From NCBI GenBank assembly GCA_015056815.1, contig SVFN01000028.1:399-64398 (forward strand): a stretch of 64,000 nucleotides of DNA. Reading direction: 5' to 3'. This document shows positions 33,608-43,272 of this stretch, piece after piece. The translations under genes and the position numbers were made by a program. This DNA comes from Lachnospiraceae bacterium (GTDB taxonomy: Bacteria; Bacillota; Clostridia; Lachnospirales; Lachnospiraceae). Below the pieces are notes generated by a model. It ran no database searches. It had not been told where the DNA came from and saw nothing but the letters and a program-made list of their open reading frames with translations. Positions within the stretch are counted from its first letter, which is position 1. Each line of letters opens with the position of its first letter.

Positions 33608-34057
33608 GACAAAAACTTTGCCATAATAGTATAGTATGGAGCCGGCCAGCTTTCCGCATGCAAATGACAGGATCGCCGGACCGATTCCTTTTGGCAGACC
33701 GATCCGCCTTGCAAAAATCGGAATGGCATCTAAAATTTCTGCTATGGCGATTGAGAGACAGCCGACAAAAATTCCGGTAAAGAAACCGTATATTCCAGGA
33801 AGAAAACGATTCAGGTATCCCAAAGGGTAAGAGCCTGACGGCAAAAAGGAGAGCTGATCCATAAAGACCGTCAGGATACCGCCCAGGATCGTTCCGGTTA
33901 CGATAAAGGTCTCGTAGAGGAGGATATGATCGGCAGTATTGGTTCTTCCGGCAAAGCGTGGGATCAGGCTGACCGCGATCAGGACAGAGAATACCCCCAT
34001 GGAGATGATCAGACCGGCGCAGAACGCCGCCATACTAAATAGCAGTTTAAGTAACAT
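33596..34057 (-). CDS. spoVAB: Stage V sporulation protein AB-like membrane protein
   Basis: A ~150-aa polytopic protein immediately downstream of, and overlapping, the SpoVAA-like gene. The N-terminus LLKLLFSMAAFCAGLIISMG..IPRFAGRT resembles SpoVAB. Confidence 0.6.
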   Translation of the reverse strand: MLLKLLFSMAAFCAGLIISMGVFSVLIAVSLIPRFAGRTNTADHILLYETFIVTGTILGGILTVFMDQLSFLPSGSYPLGYLNRFLPGIYGFFTGIFVGCLSIAIAEILDAIPIFARRIGLPKGIGPAILSFACGKLAGSILYYYGKVFVSVF

Positions 34058-34697
34058 CGATACTTTTTCCTTCCCGGCTTGCGGCTTCGGACAGAGTGGT
34101 GTTTACATCCTGCTCGTACATACGCATCGCCACTTCGATCGGAGTGGGATCTTTAGTGATGCGCCACTTTCCGATATGATTAAAAAATAACAGGATCCCA
34201 AGGCTAAGTCCGATGGAATAGCTGATCTCCAGAAGTGTGCAGCCATCATTTTTTTCACCGGTCAGTATGGGATAAAGTGAGCCAAACAGGCCCGAGATAT
34301 TGATGTCATTGTGAAAAGCCATGATCGAAAAAGCACCTCCGAAAAAACTGATCAGACAGACGAAACCGACCTTGAGTGCCTGGAATACCTTTTGCGGGAG
34401 GCGGTGCGCTTGCGGAAGAGAAGGGAGATATTCCACGATCACATCGGCCGGTCCGATGGGGAGTACTGTAAGGTCAGGGAAACGGTTCTGGATCTTCTGG
34501 ATACACCACAGGACTCCGATATTTTGCAGATAGTCCCCGTCTTTTTGAAAACAGAACAGCTCAATGGAATCGATCTCATTTTTTCGCTTTTTATCCGAAC
34601 AGGTGACCGTGGCTGCATCCGATAGAAGGATGCGGCTGTGCCGGCTTTGAATACGGTCTTCTAATTTTAAATAAACGATTGTACAGTCTGAATGCAT
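34047..34697 (-). CDS. spoVAA: Stage V sporulation protein AA-like
   Basis: About 215 aa with a soluble N-terminal domain (ILLSDAATVTCSD....LPIGPADVIVEY) plus C-terminal TM segments, as in SpoVAA. The start was chosen at the second ATG, 6 nt after GGAGAGG. Confidence 0.55.
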   Translation of the reverse strand: MHSDCTIVYLKLEDRIQSRHSRILLSDAATVTCSDKKRKNEIDSIELFCFQKDGDYLQNIGVLWCIQKIQNRFPDLTVLPIGPADVIVEYLPSLPQAHRLPQKVFQALKVGFVCLISFFGGAFSIMAFHNDINISGLFGSLYPILTGEKNDGCTLLEISYSIGLSLGILLFFNHIGKWRITKDPTPIEVAMRMYEQDVNTTLSEAASREGKSIDVT

Positions 34698-34849
34698 ATC
34701 CATCCTCTCCTGCAGATTTCTCTCTTCTTATCATATCCCAAAGGACATCTTTTATACATCATCTGGAATTCTTTTCAAAACCATTTGCACAAAGCGCCTC
34801 GAAAACGTATAATAATATTTACGACATTGAGATAACTACGGAGGAAGGC

Positions 34850-36343
34850 ATGGGAAAAGAAAAAAAATACCAGAGAACGAAAGTACGTTTTTCCATCAGG
34901 ACCAAGATCGTAATGCTGTCTATTCTGATCGCATTGCCGTTTGTGATTTTCAATCTGTATCTGTTATCCTCCATGGCCAATTACAGTCGTGCATATGATG
35001 ACATTGTCAGTAATATGACGATCGCCAATAATTACAATCTGAACTTTAAAGAGGAAATGGATGAAAGTCTTTATAAACTGGTAGTCGGATATGTAACATT
35101 TGACACGATCGCCACAGATGAAACATTAAAAGATCCTTATGAACTGATCGGCGGACTGCGCAGTGAATTTGGAAAGCTGGTAAAGATCACGACGGAGCCG
35201 GAAAGCCGGATGTGGCTGGAAAGTCTTTTACGTAACATCGATACGCTGGAAAAACGTGTGCGCGATATTGAGAAAAGTGTGCGTGAAGGAGACAATTACA
35301 ATAAGAACATTCGTGAGCTGGATGATAATATTTATATTCTGACGGAGCTGATACAGGATGATATCCAGTACTATATTTACTATCAGACCAATGGAATGGA
35401 TGTACTTAACCAGAACCTGAACAGACAGGTGGACGAGTTTATCGTTTTATGGAGTCTGATTGTTGGCTCCTGTGTCTGCGTGGCGCTTTTGATCGCGATT
35501 TTTCTGGTGCATGGAGTCCTCAGACCGGTGGAACGGCTTTATCATGTTACAGAACAGCTGGCAGAGGGGAATTTTGATGTACGCGCCAAAGTGTATTCAG
35601 GGGATGAGATCGCTGTGCTGGCCAACAGTTTTAACAATATGGCGGATAATATGCAGCTTCTGATCGATAAGGCAAAAGAGGATGAGCGTAAAATGCGTCA
35701 GGCAGACCTCAGGCTTTTACAGGAGCAGATCAATCCGCATTTCCTTTATAACACACTGGATACGATCGTATGGCTGATCGAGTCCAACGAAACAGAACAG
35801 GCGGTGGAAATGGTTGTGACACTTTCCTCCTTCTTCCGTCTGGTGCTCAGTAAAGGAAAAGAACAGATCAGTATCCGGGAAGAAGAAAAGCATATTACCA
35901 GTTATCTGGAGATCCAGAAGATGCGTTATCATGATATCATGGAATATGATGTGCAGATCGACAAGGTGCTGTATGATTACCAGATACTGAAGCTGACCTT
36001 ACAGCCTCTTGTGGAAAATGCGCTCTATCATGGTATTAAATACAAGAGAGCGAAGGGATATATCCATATCAGCGGAGAGAAAGAGGACAATCTGATACGT
36101 CTGACGGTACGTGATAACGGCGTCGGTATGGATGAGAACGAGTTGGAGGAGATCAGGGAGGAGATCGAGAGACCTTGTCAGGAGACGGAAAAAGGGTTTG
36201 GACTGGCGAATGTCAATGAAAGGATCCATATGTACTTCGGATATCAGTACGGGATGACGATCGATTCCAAAAAAGGGTGGGGAACCATTGTAGAGATCAC
36301 GATCCCTGCCATCAAAATACAGAGTGCAGAAAAAGCAGAATAA
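34850..36343 (+). CDS. Sensor histidine kinase, YesM/LytS-type (HAMP + His_kinase + HATPase)
   Basis: Two TM segments flank an extracytoplasmic domain. HAMP (LAEGNFDVRAKVYSGDEIAVLANSFNNMADN), QINPHFLYNTL H-box and the N/G boxes (ENALYHG, DNGVGM, GFGLANV) are present. Confidence 0.88.
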   Translation: MGKEKKYQRTKVRFSIRTKIVMLSILIALPFVIFNLYLLSSMANYSRAYDDIVSNMTIANNYNLNFKEEMDESLYKLVVGYVTFDTIATDETLKDPYELIGGLRSEFGKLVKITTEPESRMWLESLLRNIDTLEKRVRDIEKSVREGDNYNKNIRELDDNIYILTELIQDDIQYYIYYQTNGMDVLNQNLNRQVDEFIVLWSLIVGSCVCVALLIAIFLVHGVLRPVERLYHVTEQLAEGNFDVRAKVYSGDEIAVLANSFNNMADNMQLLIDKAKEDERKMRQADLRLLQEQINPHFLYNTLDTIVWLIESNETEQAVEMVVTLSSFFRLVLSKGKEQISIREEEKHITSYLEIQKMRYHDIMEYDVQIDKVLYDYQILKLTLQPLVENALYHGIKYKRAKGYIHISGEKEDNLIRLTVRDNGVGMDENELEEIREEIERPCQETEKGFGLANVNERIHMYFGYQYGMTIDSKKGWGTIVEITIPAIKIQSAEKAE

Positions 36344-36358
36344 GGAAGGAAACATATC

Positions 36359-37399
36359 ATGAAGCACTTGCTAAAAAAAACAGGCAGGCTCCTGTTTGCG
36401 GTTTTTGTGGCGGCAGCTCTTTGCGGATGCGGCAGATATTTTGATATGGAAGGGACTCCGGGAAATCAGAGGGCGGATACTCTGACAGTGCCCGCCAATG
36501 AAGACCTGATCGTCGTCGGAGTCTCACAGATGGGGAGCGAATCTGTCTGGAGAACTGCTCATACCAATTCGATCCAGACAACATTTACAAGAGATAAAGG
36601 ATATTTCCTGATTTTCAATAATGCCAGGCAGAAGCAGGAGAATCAGATCAAAGCAGTGAGAAGTTTCATCTCTCAGCAGGTGGATTACATCATTCTCTCC
36701 CCGATCACAGAGGATGGCTGGGATACTGTTTTGCAGGAGGCAAAGGATGCAGGGATTCCTGTGATCCTGACAGACAGGCGTGTGAATGTATGTGACAGTT
36801 CCCTCTATACCACGTGGGTCGGTTCGAATTTTCTGGAGGAGGGGAAAAAAGCGGGCGTCTGGCTGGAAGAATACTTACAGGAGATCGGCCAGGAACAAAA
36901 ACCGGTCAATCTGGTCGTTTTACGTGGAACGGAAGGATCAACATCCATGATGGGCCGCACCGCAGGCTTTGAATATATTACGCGCCATCATGAAAACTGG
37001 TGCATACTGGAAAGTGTGAACGCGGAATATACGACTGCCAAAGGCAGGGAGGAAATGAAAAAACTGCTGCAGAAGTATAATGACATTAATGTGGTCGTCG
37101 CACAAAATGACGATATGGCCTTTGGCGCATTGGAAGCGATTTATGATGCGGGAAAAACCGTTGGCGAGAATGGCGATATGCTGGTACTGTCCTTTGACGG
37201 GACCAGAGATGCCCTGAAAATGGTACAGAGCGGAGCGATCAGTGTGGACGTGGAATGTAATCCCGATCAGGGACCGTATCTTTCCATGATCATCAATAAA
37301 CTGGAAAATGATGCAGCAGTGCAGAGGGCTTATTACGTGCCGGAGCAGGTTTTTACGACAGAAAATGTGGGAGACTTCATTGAAGAACGGAATTATTAA
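36359..37399 (+). CDS. YtfQ/RbsB-like periplasmic sugar-binding protein (probable sensory partner of the kinase)
   Basis: N-terminal signal/anchor ending in ..ALCGCG. The PBP type I sugar-binding pattern VGVSQMGSESVWRTAHTNS..QKQENQIKAVRSFISQQVDYIILSP..GWDTVLQEAKDAGIPVILTDR resembles E. coli YtfQ from memory. It sits between the kinase and the regulator. Confidence 0.75.
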   Translation: MKHLLKKTGRLLFAVFVAAALCGCGRYFDMEGTPGNQRADTLTVPANEDLIVVGVSQMGSESVWRTAHTNSIQTTFTRDKGYFLIFNNARQKQENQIKAVRSFISQQVDYIILSPITEDGWDTVLQEAKDAGIPVILTDRRVNVCDSSLYTTWVGSNFLEEGKKAGVWLEEYLQEIGQEQKPVNLVVLRGTEGSTSMMGRTAGFEYITRHHENWCILESVNAEYTTAKGREEMKKLLQKYNDINVVVAQNDDMAFGALEAIYDAGKTVGENGDMLVLSFDGTRDALKMVQSGAISVDVECNPDQGPYLSMIINKLENDAAVQRAYYVPEQVFTTENVGDFIEERNY

Positions 37400-37423
37400 A
37401 AAGTGATATAGGAGCGGAATAAA

Positions 37424-39052
37424 ATGTTAAAAGTGTTTATGGTGGAAGACGAAAGCGTGATCAGGGACGGATTAAGAGACCGCATTCCGTGGGAGCAGTA
37501 TGGTTATCAGTTTGTGGGAGAGGCGGCTGACGGAGAGATGGCATTGCCTTTGATCCGTAAATTGAAGCCGGACGTTCTGATCACGGATATCAAGATGCCT
37601 TTTATGGATGGTTTGTCCTTAAGCAAGATCATCAGTGCGGAATTTCCGAAGATGAAGATCATTATCATCAGTGGCTACGACGATTTTGAATATGCAAGAC
37701 AGGCGATCGAGGTCGGAGTGGAACAGTATCTGCTAAAGCCGATCACCAAGACTACGCTTCGCAAGGTCTTGCTGGAATTAAAAGAAAAGATAGAGCAGGA
37801 TATGGAGCAGGGTGATTATCAGAAACAGTTCCGCTATGAGATGCATGAATATGAACAGTTTTCTCGCAGATACTTTTTTGAGAAAGTTCTGGAAGGGGAT
37901 ATGGCAGTAAAAGACATCTATGAAGAATCGGCCAAACTGGAGATCGAACTGACCGCTTCCTGCTACAATCTGCTTTTTTTCTATCTTCAGGAGAAAAGCG
38001 GAACGGATTCTATGCCGGAGACGGACAAATTTATGCACAGGCAGGAGGAGATCCTTCATTACTTTATGCGCTATCCGCAGTACATTCTGTTCGGCTGGGG
38101 GGCAAACTGTTATGGGGTACTGATCAAATCCGAGAAGGTACAGATGGAAGAATTTACCGAAAACGGGATCAAAATGATCCGGAAAGTCTGCGGTTCGGAC
38201 GATAAGATCACCTGGTACGTGGCAGTGGGAGAACCGGTGGAACGATTGAGCCTTTTGACGGAATGCTACCGGAAGGTACACCATTATTTCGCTTATCGTT
38301 TTATCCTGCCGGAGCAGAATCTTTTTACGGAGGAATCTCTAAAGGATTATTTGACAGTCCGCTCCGAGAGGGAGATCGGTGATGTGGATGTGACCAAAAT
38401 GGATCCGGAGATCATCAAGGAATTTTTGAGCAGAGGTCGTAATACCGAAATCTCTGGTTTTGTGGAAACGTATCTGCAGAGCATCCGGGATGCGCTTGAG
38501 TCCAGAATGTTCCGGGATTATGTTGTGCTGAATATCCGCTTTGCGGTGACTGCGTATATGGAGTCCATAGGTACGAAGCAGGAAGACTACGGAGAACGTG
38601 TGGAACAGTGCATCCGTGAGATCAATGTAAACATGAAACCGGAGGATGTTGCAGAATATTTTGCACGGATGCTAAAGATCGCCGTGGAAATGCGTGATGA
38701 GGAAAGTGACTATCAGAGCGGGAAAGTCCTCAGAAAGGCGCTGGAATATATTGATACGCAGTACGATAAAGAAACATTGTCTTTAAATACGGTTGCCGCA
38801 CAGGTGGGAGTGAGCTCAAACTATTTAAGCACTATTTTCAGCCAGAGCATGCAGAAAACATTTATTGAATATGTGACGGCCAAACGAATGGAAAAAGCGA
38901 AAAAACTTCTTCGCAGCACTGATAAATCTTCCGGAGAGATCGCACTGGAAGTGGGATATAAGGACCCTCATTATTTCAGTTTTGTATTTAAAAAGACGCA
39001 GGGGGCAAGTCCCAGAGAATACCGGACAGGTCAAAGGGCTAAAGCCCTTTGA
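37424..39052 (+). CDS. Response regulator, CheY receiver + AraC-type HTH (YesN-like)
   Basis: Receiver motifs MVEDE .. DVLITDIKMP .. IIISGY .. KP. The C-terminal AraC HTH reads LSLNTVAAQVGVSSNYLSTIFSQ...GEIALEVGYKDPHYFSFVFKK. Confidence 0.9.
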   Translation: MLKVFMVEDESVIRDGLRDRIPWEQYGYQFVGEAADGEMALPLIRKLKPDVLITDIKMPFMDGLSLSKIISAEFPKMKIIIISGYDDFEYARQAIEVGVEQYLLKPITKTTLRKVLLELKEKIEQDMEQGDYQKQFRYEMHEYEQFSRRYFFEKVLEGDMAVKDIYEESAKLEIELTASCYNLLFFYLQEKSGTDSMPETDKFMHRQEEILHYFMRYPQYILFGWGANCYGVLIKSEKVQMEEFTENGIKMIRKVCGSDDKITWYVAVGEPVERLSLLTECYRKVHHYFAYRFILPEQNLFTEESLKDYLTVRSEREIGDVDVTKMDPEIIKEFLSRGRNTEISGFVETYLQSIRDALESRMFRDYVVLNIRFAVTAYMESIGTKQEDYGERVEQCIREINVNMKPEDVAEYFARMLKIAVEMRDEESDYQSGKVLRKALEYIDTQYDKETLSLNTVAAQVGVSSNYLSTIFSQSMQKTFIEYVTAKRMEKAKKLLRSTDKSSGEIALEVGYKDPHYFSFVFKKTQGASPREYRTGQRAKAL

Positions 39053-40100
39053 CCTGCCAGGCAAGTTCTAGGGAAGGGGTGTGAATTCCCTTGAGCTCAT
39101 TTAAGATCGCTTCGGCTGCCGGATAGCCCGGCTCGTGCAGCGAATGCGCTATGGTCAGGAAAGCCGTATCATGATAGGTGGCCAGGTATGTGTTGTCGAA
39201 GGAAGCGATCATAATGTCATCCGGTACGGAAAAGGACATTTTTTTTAACTCTTTGGCCAGCTCATAGGCAATTTCATTGTTGTAACAGATCACTGCCGTA
39301 CAGTCTTTCAGATGGTTCTGTGCCAGCTTTTTCAGAAAATCCGTATCAAACTGTTGTCTGAGATTCTTAAGATCCCCTGTGTTAAACCAGCCGATCCTGT
39401 GATCGGGAACCGGAAGCAGGGCATTTCTCATGGCTTCCATAAATCCTTGATATCGTTCGATTCCCTGTGCATCATCGGATTTAAAGAAACCACCGATCGC
39501 GGTATGACCGCTTTTTATCAATTCCTGGACCAAAAGCAGACTTCCGCCGATATTGTCATCCTTGATGCAGGTACAGTCCGGAAAGGACGGATACTGATTA
39601 TGGAGGAATACAAAACGGACTCCCTTTTTTTTCAGATTTTCATAAAGATCCAGATTGGGATTCGGGAGAGCACTTTTACATCCCTCCACGAGAAGTACGC
39701 GAGGAGGAGCTTCCAGCAGATCTGTCAGGATACCGCGCTCGGTAAAGGTATCATTTCCCGTTACATAAATACGGGGGATAAAGTTGTGCCGGGACAGGAA
39801 TGTCTGGATATCACTTAACAGTGAAGGATAGAAATAATCATTCTCACTGTTTACCAGAACTGCAATGACATTCTGGGAACGGTCCTGAAAATGCCCGGTG
39901 ATATAGGAACCGCTGCCCTGTCTTTTTTCAATGAATCCTTTTTCTTCCAATAAAGAAAGAGAAAGTCTGACCGTCTGCCGGCTGACTTTGTACTGAGCGC
40001 ATAATTCCTGCTCTGTCGGCAGTTTGTTGATCCCATCCTCTATGTTCTGATAGATGACTTCCAGCAGGCGGTCGGAAAGCTGTCTGTATTTTGGTGCCAT
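39039..40100 (-). CDS. AraR-like repressor (GntR-type N-terminal HTH + LacI/PBP1 sugar-binding domain)
   Basis: KYRQLSDRLLEVIYQNIEDGINKLPTEQELCAQYKVSRQTVRLSLSLLEEKGFIEKRQGSGSYI is a GntR wHTH. The remainder is periplasmic-binding-protein-like. Start set at MAPKY after AAGGAGAG. Confidence 0.8.
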   Translation of the reverse strand: MAPKYRQLSDRLLEVIYQNIEDGINKLPTEQELCAQYKVSRQTVRLSLSLLEEKGFIEKRQGSGSYITGHFQDRSQNVIAVLVNSENDYFYPSLLSDIQTFLSRHNFIPRIYVTGNDTFTERGILTDLLEAPPRVLLVEGCKSALPNPNLDLYENLKKKGVRFVFLHNQYPSFPDCTCIKDDNIGGSLLLVQELIKSGHTAIGGFFKSDDAQGIERYQGFMEAMRNALLPVPDHRIGWFNTGDLKNLRQQFDTDFLKKLAQNHLKDCTAVICYNNEIAYELAKELKKMSFSVPDDIMIASFDNTYLATYHDTAFLTIAHSLHEPGYPAAEAILNELKGIHTPSLELAWQVKGL

Positions 40101-40350
40101 AATATCTCTCCTTAAAAAGTTTTGAAAAGCATGAAAAAATATAGGAAAAAATACTATTATTTTCAAAAAGCAAAAAAAATATACGATAAATTATTATGAA
40201 AAACAGTAAAAAAACCAATTTTTATCTTTAGTTTTCGAAAAATTCACAATTAAAATAATCAGTCAATTATGTTAAAAAAAGTTAAAAAATTGTTTACAAA
40301 ATGAAAAAAATCAACTTTCGATCGTGAAAATCAAATAAAATCACAAAAAA

Positions 40351-40415
40351 ATACAAATTTGTATTATAATCCTATGTTACCATGGAAAATTTGTATTGTA
40401 AATAACATACAAAAT
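40351..40415. promoter_or_regulatory. Candidate operator palindromes in the divergent regulator/transporter intergenic region
   Basis: Perfect palindrome ATACAAATTTGTAT at 40351-40364. AATTTGTAT (40388-40396) and ATACAAAAT (40407-40415) form an inverted pair with 1 mismatch. Confidence 0.35.
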
Positions 40416-40524
40416 AAAAAGTGGGAGTGTTTTTTAATTGACGATAAGGGGGAGAGAATGGTATTGTAATGCTACGGGAAAACGATACCCGAAATAAATT
40501 TTCAAAAGTATGGGAGGATACAAA

Positions 40525-41631
40525 ATGAAGAAGAAAATTTTATCGTTAATGTTAGCAAGTACAATGGTAGTTGGTCTTGTAGGATGTGGCGGAAGTGATG
40601 AGAGCGCTTCTACATCAGCTCCTGCTGATACAGCAACAGAAGCTCCGGCACCTGCAGCAGATGATGCAGCAGCTGAAGAAGAAGCACCTGCAGCAGATGA
40701 TGCAGCAGCTGAAGAAGAAGCACCTGCAGATGATGCAGCAGCACCCAGCGGAGATCTGATCAAAGTTGGTATCATCAACAACGATCCTAACGAGTCTGGA
40801 TATCGTACAGCAAACGATAGAGACTTAAAAGAGCATTTCTCAGCAGAGAACGGATATGATGCTTCTTTCGCATACAGCTTAAAGAATGATGAGCAGATCA
40901 CAGCAGCTCAGAAGTTCATCGCTGATGGTGTTGACTACTTACTCCTTTCCGCAGCTGATACAGCTGGTTGGGATTCTGTATTACAGGATGCTAAGGATGC
41001 AGGTATCGAGGTTATCTTATTTGACCGTACTATCGATGCAAGCGAAGACCTCTACGCAGCTTCTATCGTATCTGATATGGAGAAAGAGGGAGAGACAGCA
41101 GTTAACTGGTTAAAAGATCAGGGACTTAGCGAGTACAACATCATCCATATCCAGGGTGTTATGGGTTCAGCAGCTCAGAAGGGACGTTCCGGTGCAGTTG
41201 ATGCAGCAGTTGCTTCTGATGGATGGAATCTTGTAGTACAGCAGACAGCTGAGTGGAATGCAGAGAAAGCACAGCAGATCGTTCAGTCTGTAATCGATGC
41301 TGGTACACCTTTCAACGTAATCTACGCTGAGAACGATGATATGGCTAAGGGTGCTGTAGCAGCTCTTGACAAAGCAAACATTTCTCATGGTGTTGGCAAA
41401 GACGTAATCGTTATGGGCTTTGACTGCAACAAGTGGGCATTACAGGAACTGTTAGATCAGAACTGGAACTACGATGGACAGTGTAATCCTTTCCAGGCTA
41501 GCTACATCGAGGACGTTATCAAGAAACTCGAGGCTGGCGAGGATATCGGCGAGAAGACAATCATCATGGATGAGAAGGGCTTCGATGCTACTACAATCAC
41601 AGCTGATGATGTAGAGAGCTATGGTATCTAA
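40525..41631 (+). CDS. CUT2-family sugar ABC transporter substrate-binding lipoprotein (YtfQ-like)
   Basis: Lipobox LVGC. An Ala/Asp/Glu-rich linker precedes the PBP type I sugar-binding core (IKVGIINNDPNESGYR...GVDYLLLSAADTAGWDSVLQDAKDAGIEVILFDR). GGGAGG RBS. Confidence 0.85.
   Translation: MKKKILSLMLASTMVVGLVGCGGSDESASTSAPADTATEAPAPAADDAAAEEEAPAADDAAAEEEAPADDAAAPSGDLIKVGIINNDPNESGYRTANDRDLKEHFSAENGYDASFAYSLKNDEQITAAQKFIADGVDYLLLSAADTAGWDSVLQDAKDAGIEVILFDRTIDASEDLYAASIVSDMEKEGETAVNWLKDQGLSEYNIIHIQGVMGSAAQKGRSGAVDAAVASDGWNLVVQQTAEWNAEKAQQIVQSVIDAGTPFNVIYAENDDMAKGAVAALDKANISHGVGKDVIVMGFDCNKWALQELLDQNWNYDGQCNPFQASYIEDVIKKLEAGEDIGEKTIIMDEKGFDATTITADDVESYGI
40648..40746 (+). repeat. 36-bp coding tandem duplication (APAADDAAAEEE x2 plus a partial copy)
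   Basis: 40648-40683 and 40684-40719 are identical at the DNA level. A third, shortened copy follows. Confidence 0.9.
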
Positions 41632-41674
41632 TCAGATTTGACTGACTCTTAGAGTTATGACATGATAAAAAGGG

Positions 41675-41719
41675 CGCGGCGAAGCGTAGAGAATAATATT
41701 ACGCACGCCGCGTTTTTTT
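41675..41719 (+). terminator. Intra-operon intrinsic terminator/attenuator after the binding-protein gene
   Basis: CGCGGCG..GCGTA (41675-41688) pairs with TACGC.CGCCGCG (41700-41712), followed by T7 (41713-41719), 30 nt before the ATPase start. Confidence 0.65.
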
Positions 41720-41748
41720 CTAAAAAAAGTATAAGGAGTGATACACTG

Positions 41749-43272
41749 GTGAAAGAAAAATCCGTATTGGAAATGAGAGGTATTTATAAGAGCTTTCCCG
41801 GAGTACGTGCCCTGCAGGATGTTGACTTTACACTTTGCGAAGGCGAAGTCCATGCATTGATGGGTGAGAACGGTGCAGGAAAATCTACCTTGATCAAGGT
41901 TCTGACCGGAGTTTATGAAAAAGACGGCGGAGAGATTTTCATTAAGGGAATGGATCAGGCGGCAGTTATTCGTTCGCCGCAGGATGCACAGAGACTTGGA
42001 ATCAGTACAGTTTATCAGGAGATTACGCTTTGTCCCAATCTCTCTGTTGCAGAAAATATGTATATTGGACGTGGTTCGGGACAGACACAGAACTGGAAAA
42101 AGATGAATGCAGATGCCAACAAGATTTTGAGGGCACTTGACATTCCGGCTGAAGCGACACAGCAGTTATCGACCTGCTCCATCGCTATCCAGCAGATGGT
42201 AGCGATCGCGAGAGCGGTGGATATGGATTGTAAGGTTCTGATCCTCGATGAGCCCACATCCTCCTTAGATGATAACGAAGTAGCAAAATTGTTTGGACTC
42301 ATGAGAGATCTGAGAAAGCGTGGCGTAGGTATTATCTTCGTTACACACTTCCTGGATCAGGTATATGAGATCTGTGACAAGATCACAGTGCTTCGTGACG
42401 GTAAGCTGGTAGGTGAATACGTAATCGAAGATCTTCCGCGTGTACAGCTTGTATCCAAGATGCTTGGTAAAGAACTGGATGATATGTCCGATATCAAGAG
42501 CGAAGCTCAGGAATATCATGGACCGGGAGCAAATTCGTATGTCTTTGAGGCATCAGGATTACAGAGTAATGCAGGCATCAAGCCGTTTGATTTCTATATC
42601 AAACGTGGTGAAGTAAACGGCTTTACCGGTCTTCTTGGTTCCGGACGTAGTGAGTGTGTTCGTGCAATCTTTGGTGCGGACAGAGTCATCGGCGGTACCG
42701 TAAGAAAGGACGGCAAGGAAGTCAAGATCAAAGCTCCGATCGATGCTATGAAGCAGGGAATTGCATATCTTCCTGAGGATAGAAAGATTGATGGTATCAT
42801 CGGCGATCTTTCCGTTCGTGATAATATTATTCTGGCAGCACAGGTATTGAAGGGATTCTTCAAACCGTTCTCTAAAGCAGAAGCTGAGAAATTTGCGGAT
42901 GAATATATCAAACTTCTGGAGGTTAAGACCGCTTCAGCGGATACTCCGATCAAATCACTTTCCGGTGGTAACCAGCAGAAGGTAATTCTTGGACGCTGGC
43001 TGTTAACACATCCGGATTACCTGATCTTAGACGAGCCTACCCGTGGTATCGACGTAGGAACAAAGATCGAGATTCAGAAGTTAGTATTGAAGCTTGCTTC
43101 CGAAGGTATGAGTGTTACATTCATTTCTTCCGAGACAGACGAGATGTTACGTACCTGTTCACGTCTTGTCGTAATGAGAGACCGTAAGGTTGTTGGTGAG
43201 CTTTCAGGTGACGAACTGACTCAGAACATGATTATGAGTACAATTGCCGGAGGTGAAACAGATAATGCGTAG
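41749..43272 (+). CDS. Sugar ABC transporter ATP-binding protein with two fused ABC domains (YtfR/RbsA-like)
   Basis: Two Walker A / signature sets: GENGAGKST and an atypical GLLGSGRSE, plus LSGGNQQKV. GTG start at 41749, 9 nt after AAGGAG. Confidence 0.9.
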   Translation: MKEKSVLEMRGIYKSFPGVRALQDVDFTLCEGEVHALMGENGAGKSTLIKVLTGVYEKDGGEIFIKGMDQAAVIRSPQDAQRLGISTVYQEITLCPNLSVAENMYIGRGSGQTQNWKKMNADANKILRALDIPAEATQQLSTCSIAIQQMVAIARAVDMDCKVLILDEPTSSLDDNEVAKLFGLMRDLRKRGVGIIFVTHFLDQVYEICDKITVLRDGKLVGEYVIEDLPRVQLVSKMLGKELDDMSDIKSEAQEYHGPGANSYVFEASGLQSNAGIKPFDFYIKRGEVNGFTGLLGSGRSECVRAIFGADRVIGGTVRKDGKEVKIKAPIDAMKQGIAYLPEDRKIDGIIGDLSVRDNIILAAQVLKGFFKPFSKAEAEKFADEYIKLLEVKTASADTPIKSLSGGNQQKVILGRWLLTHPDYLILDEPTRGIDVGTKIEIQKLVLKLASEGMSVTFISSETDEMLRTCSRLVVMRDRKVVGELSGDELTQNMIMSTIAGGETDNA

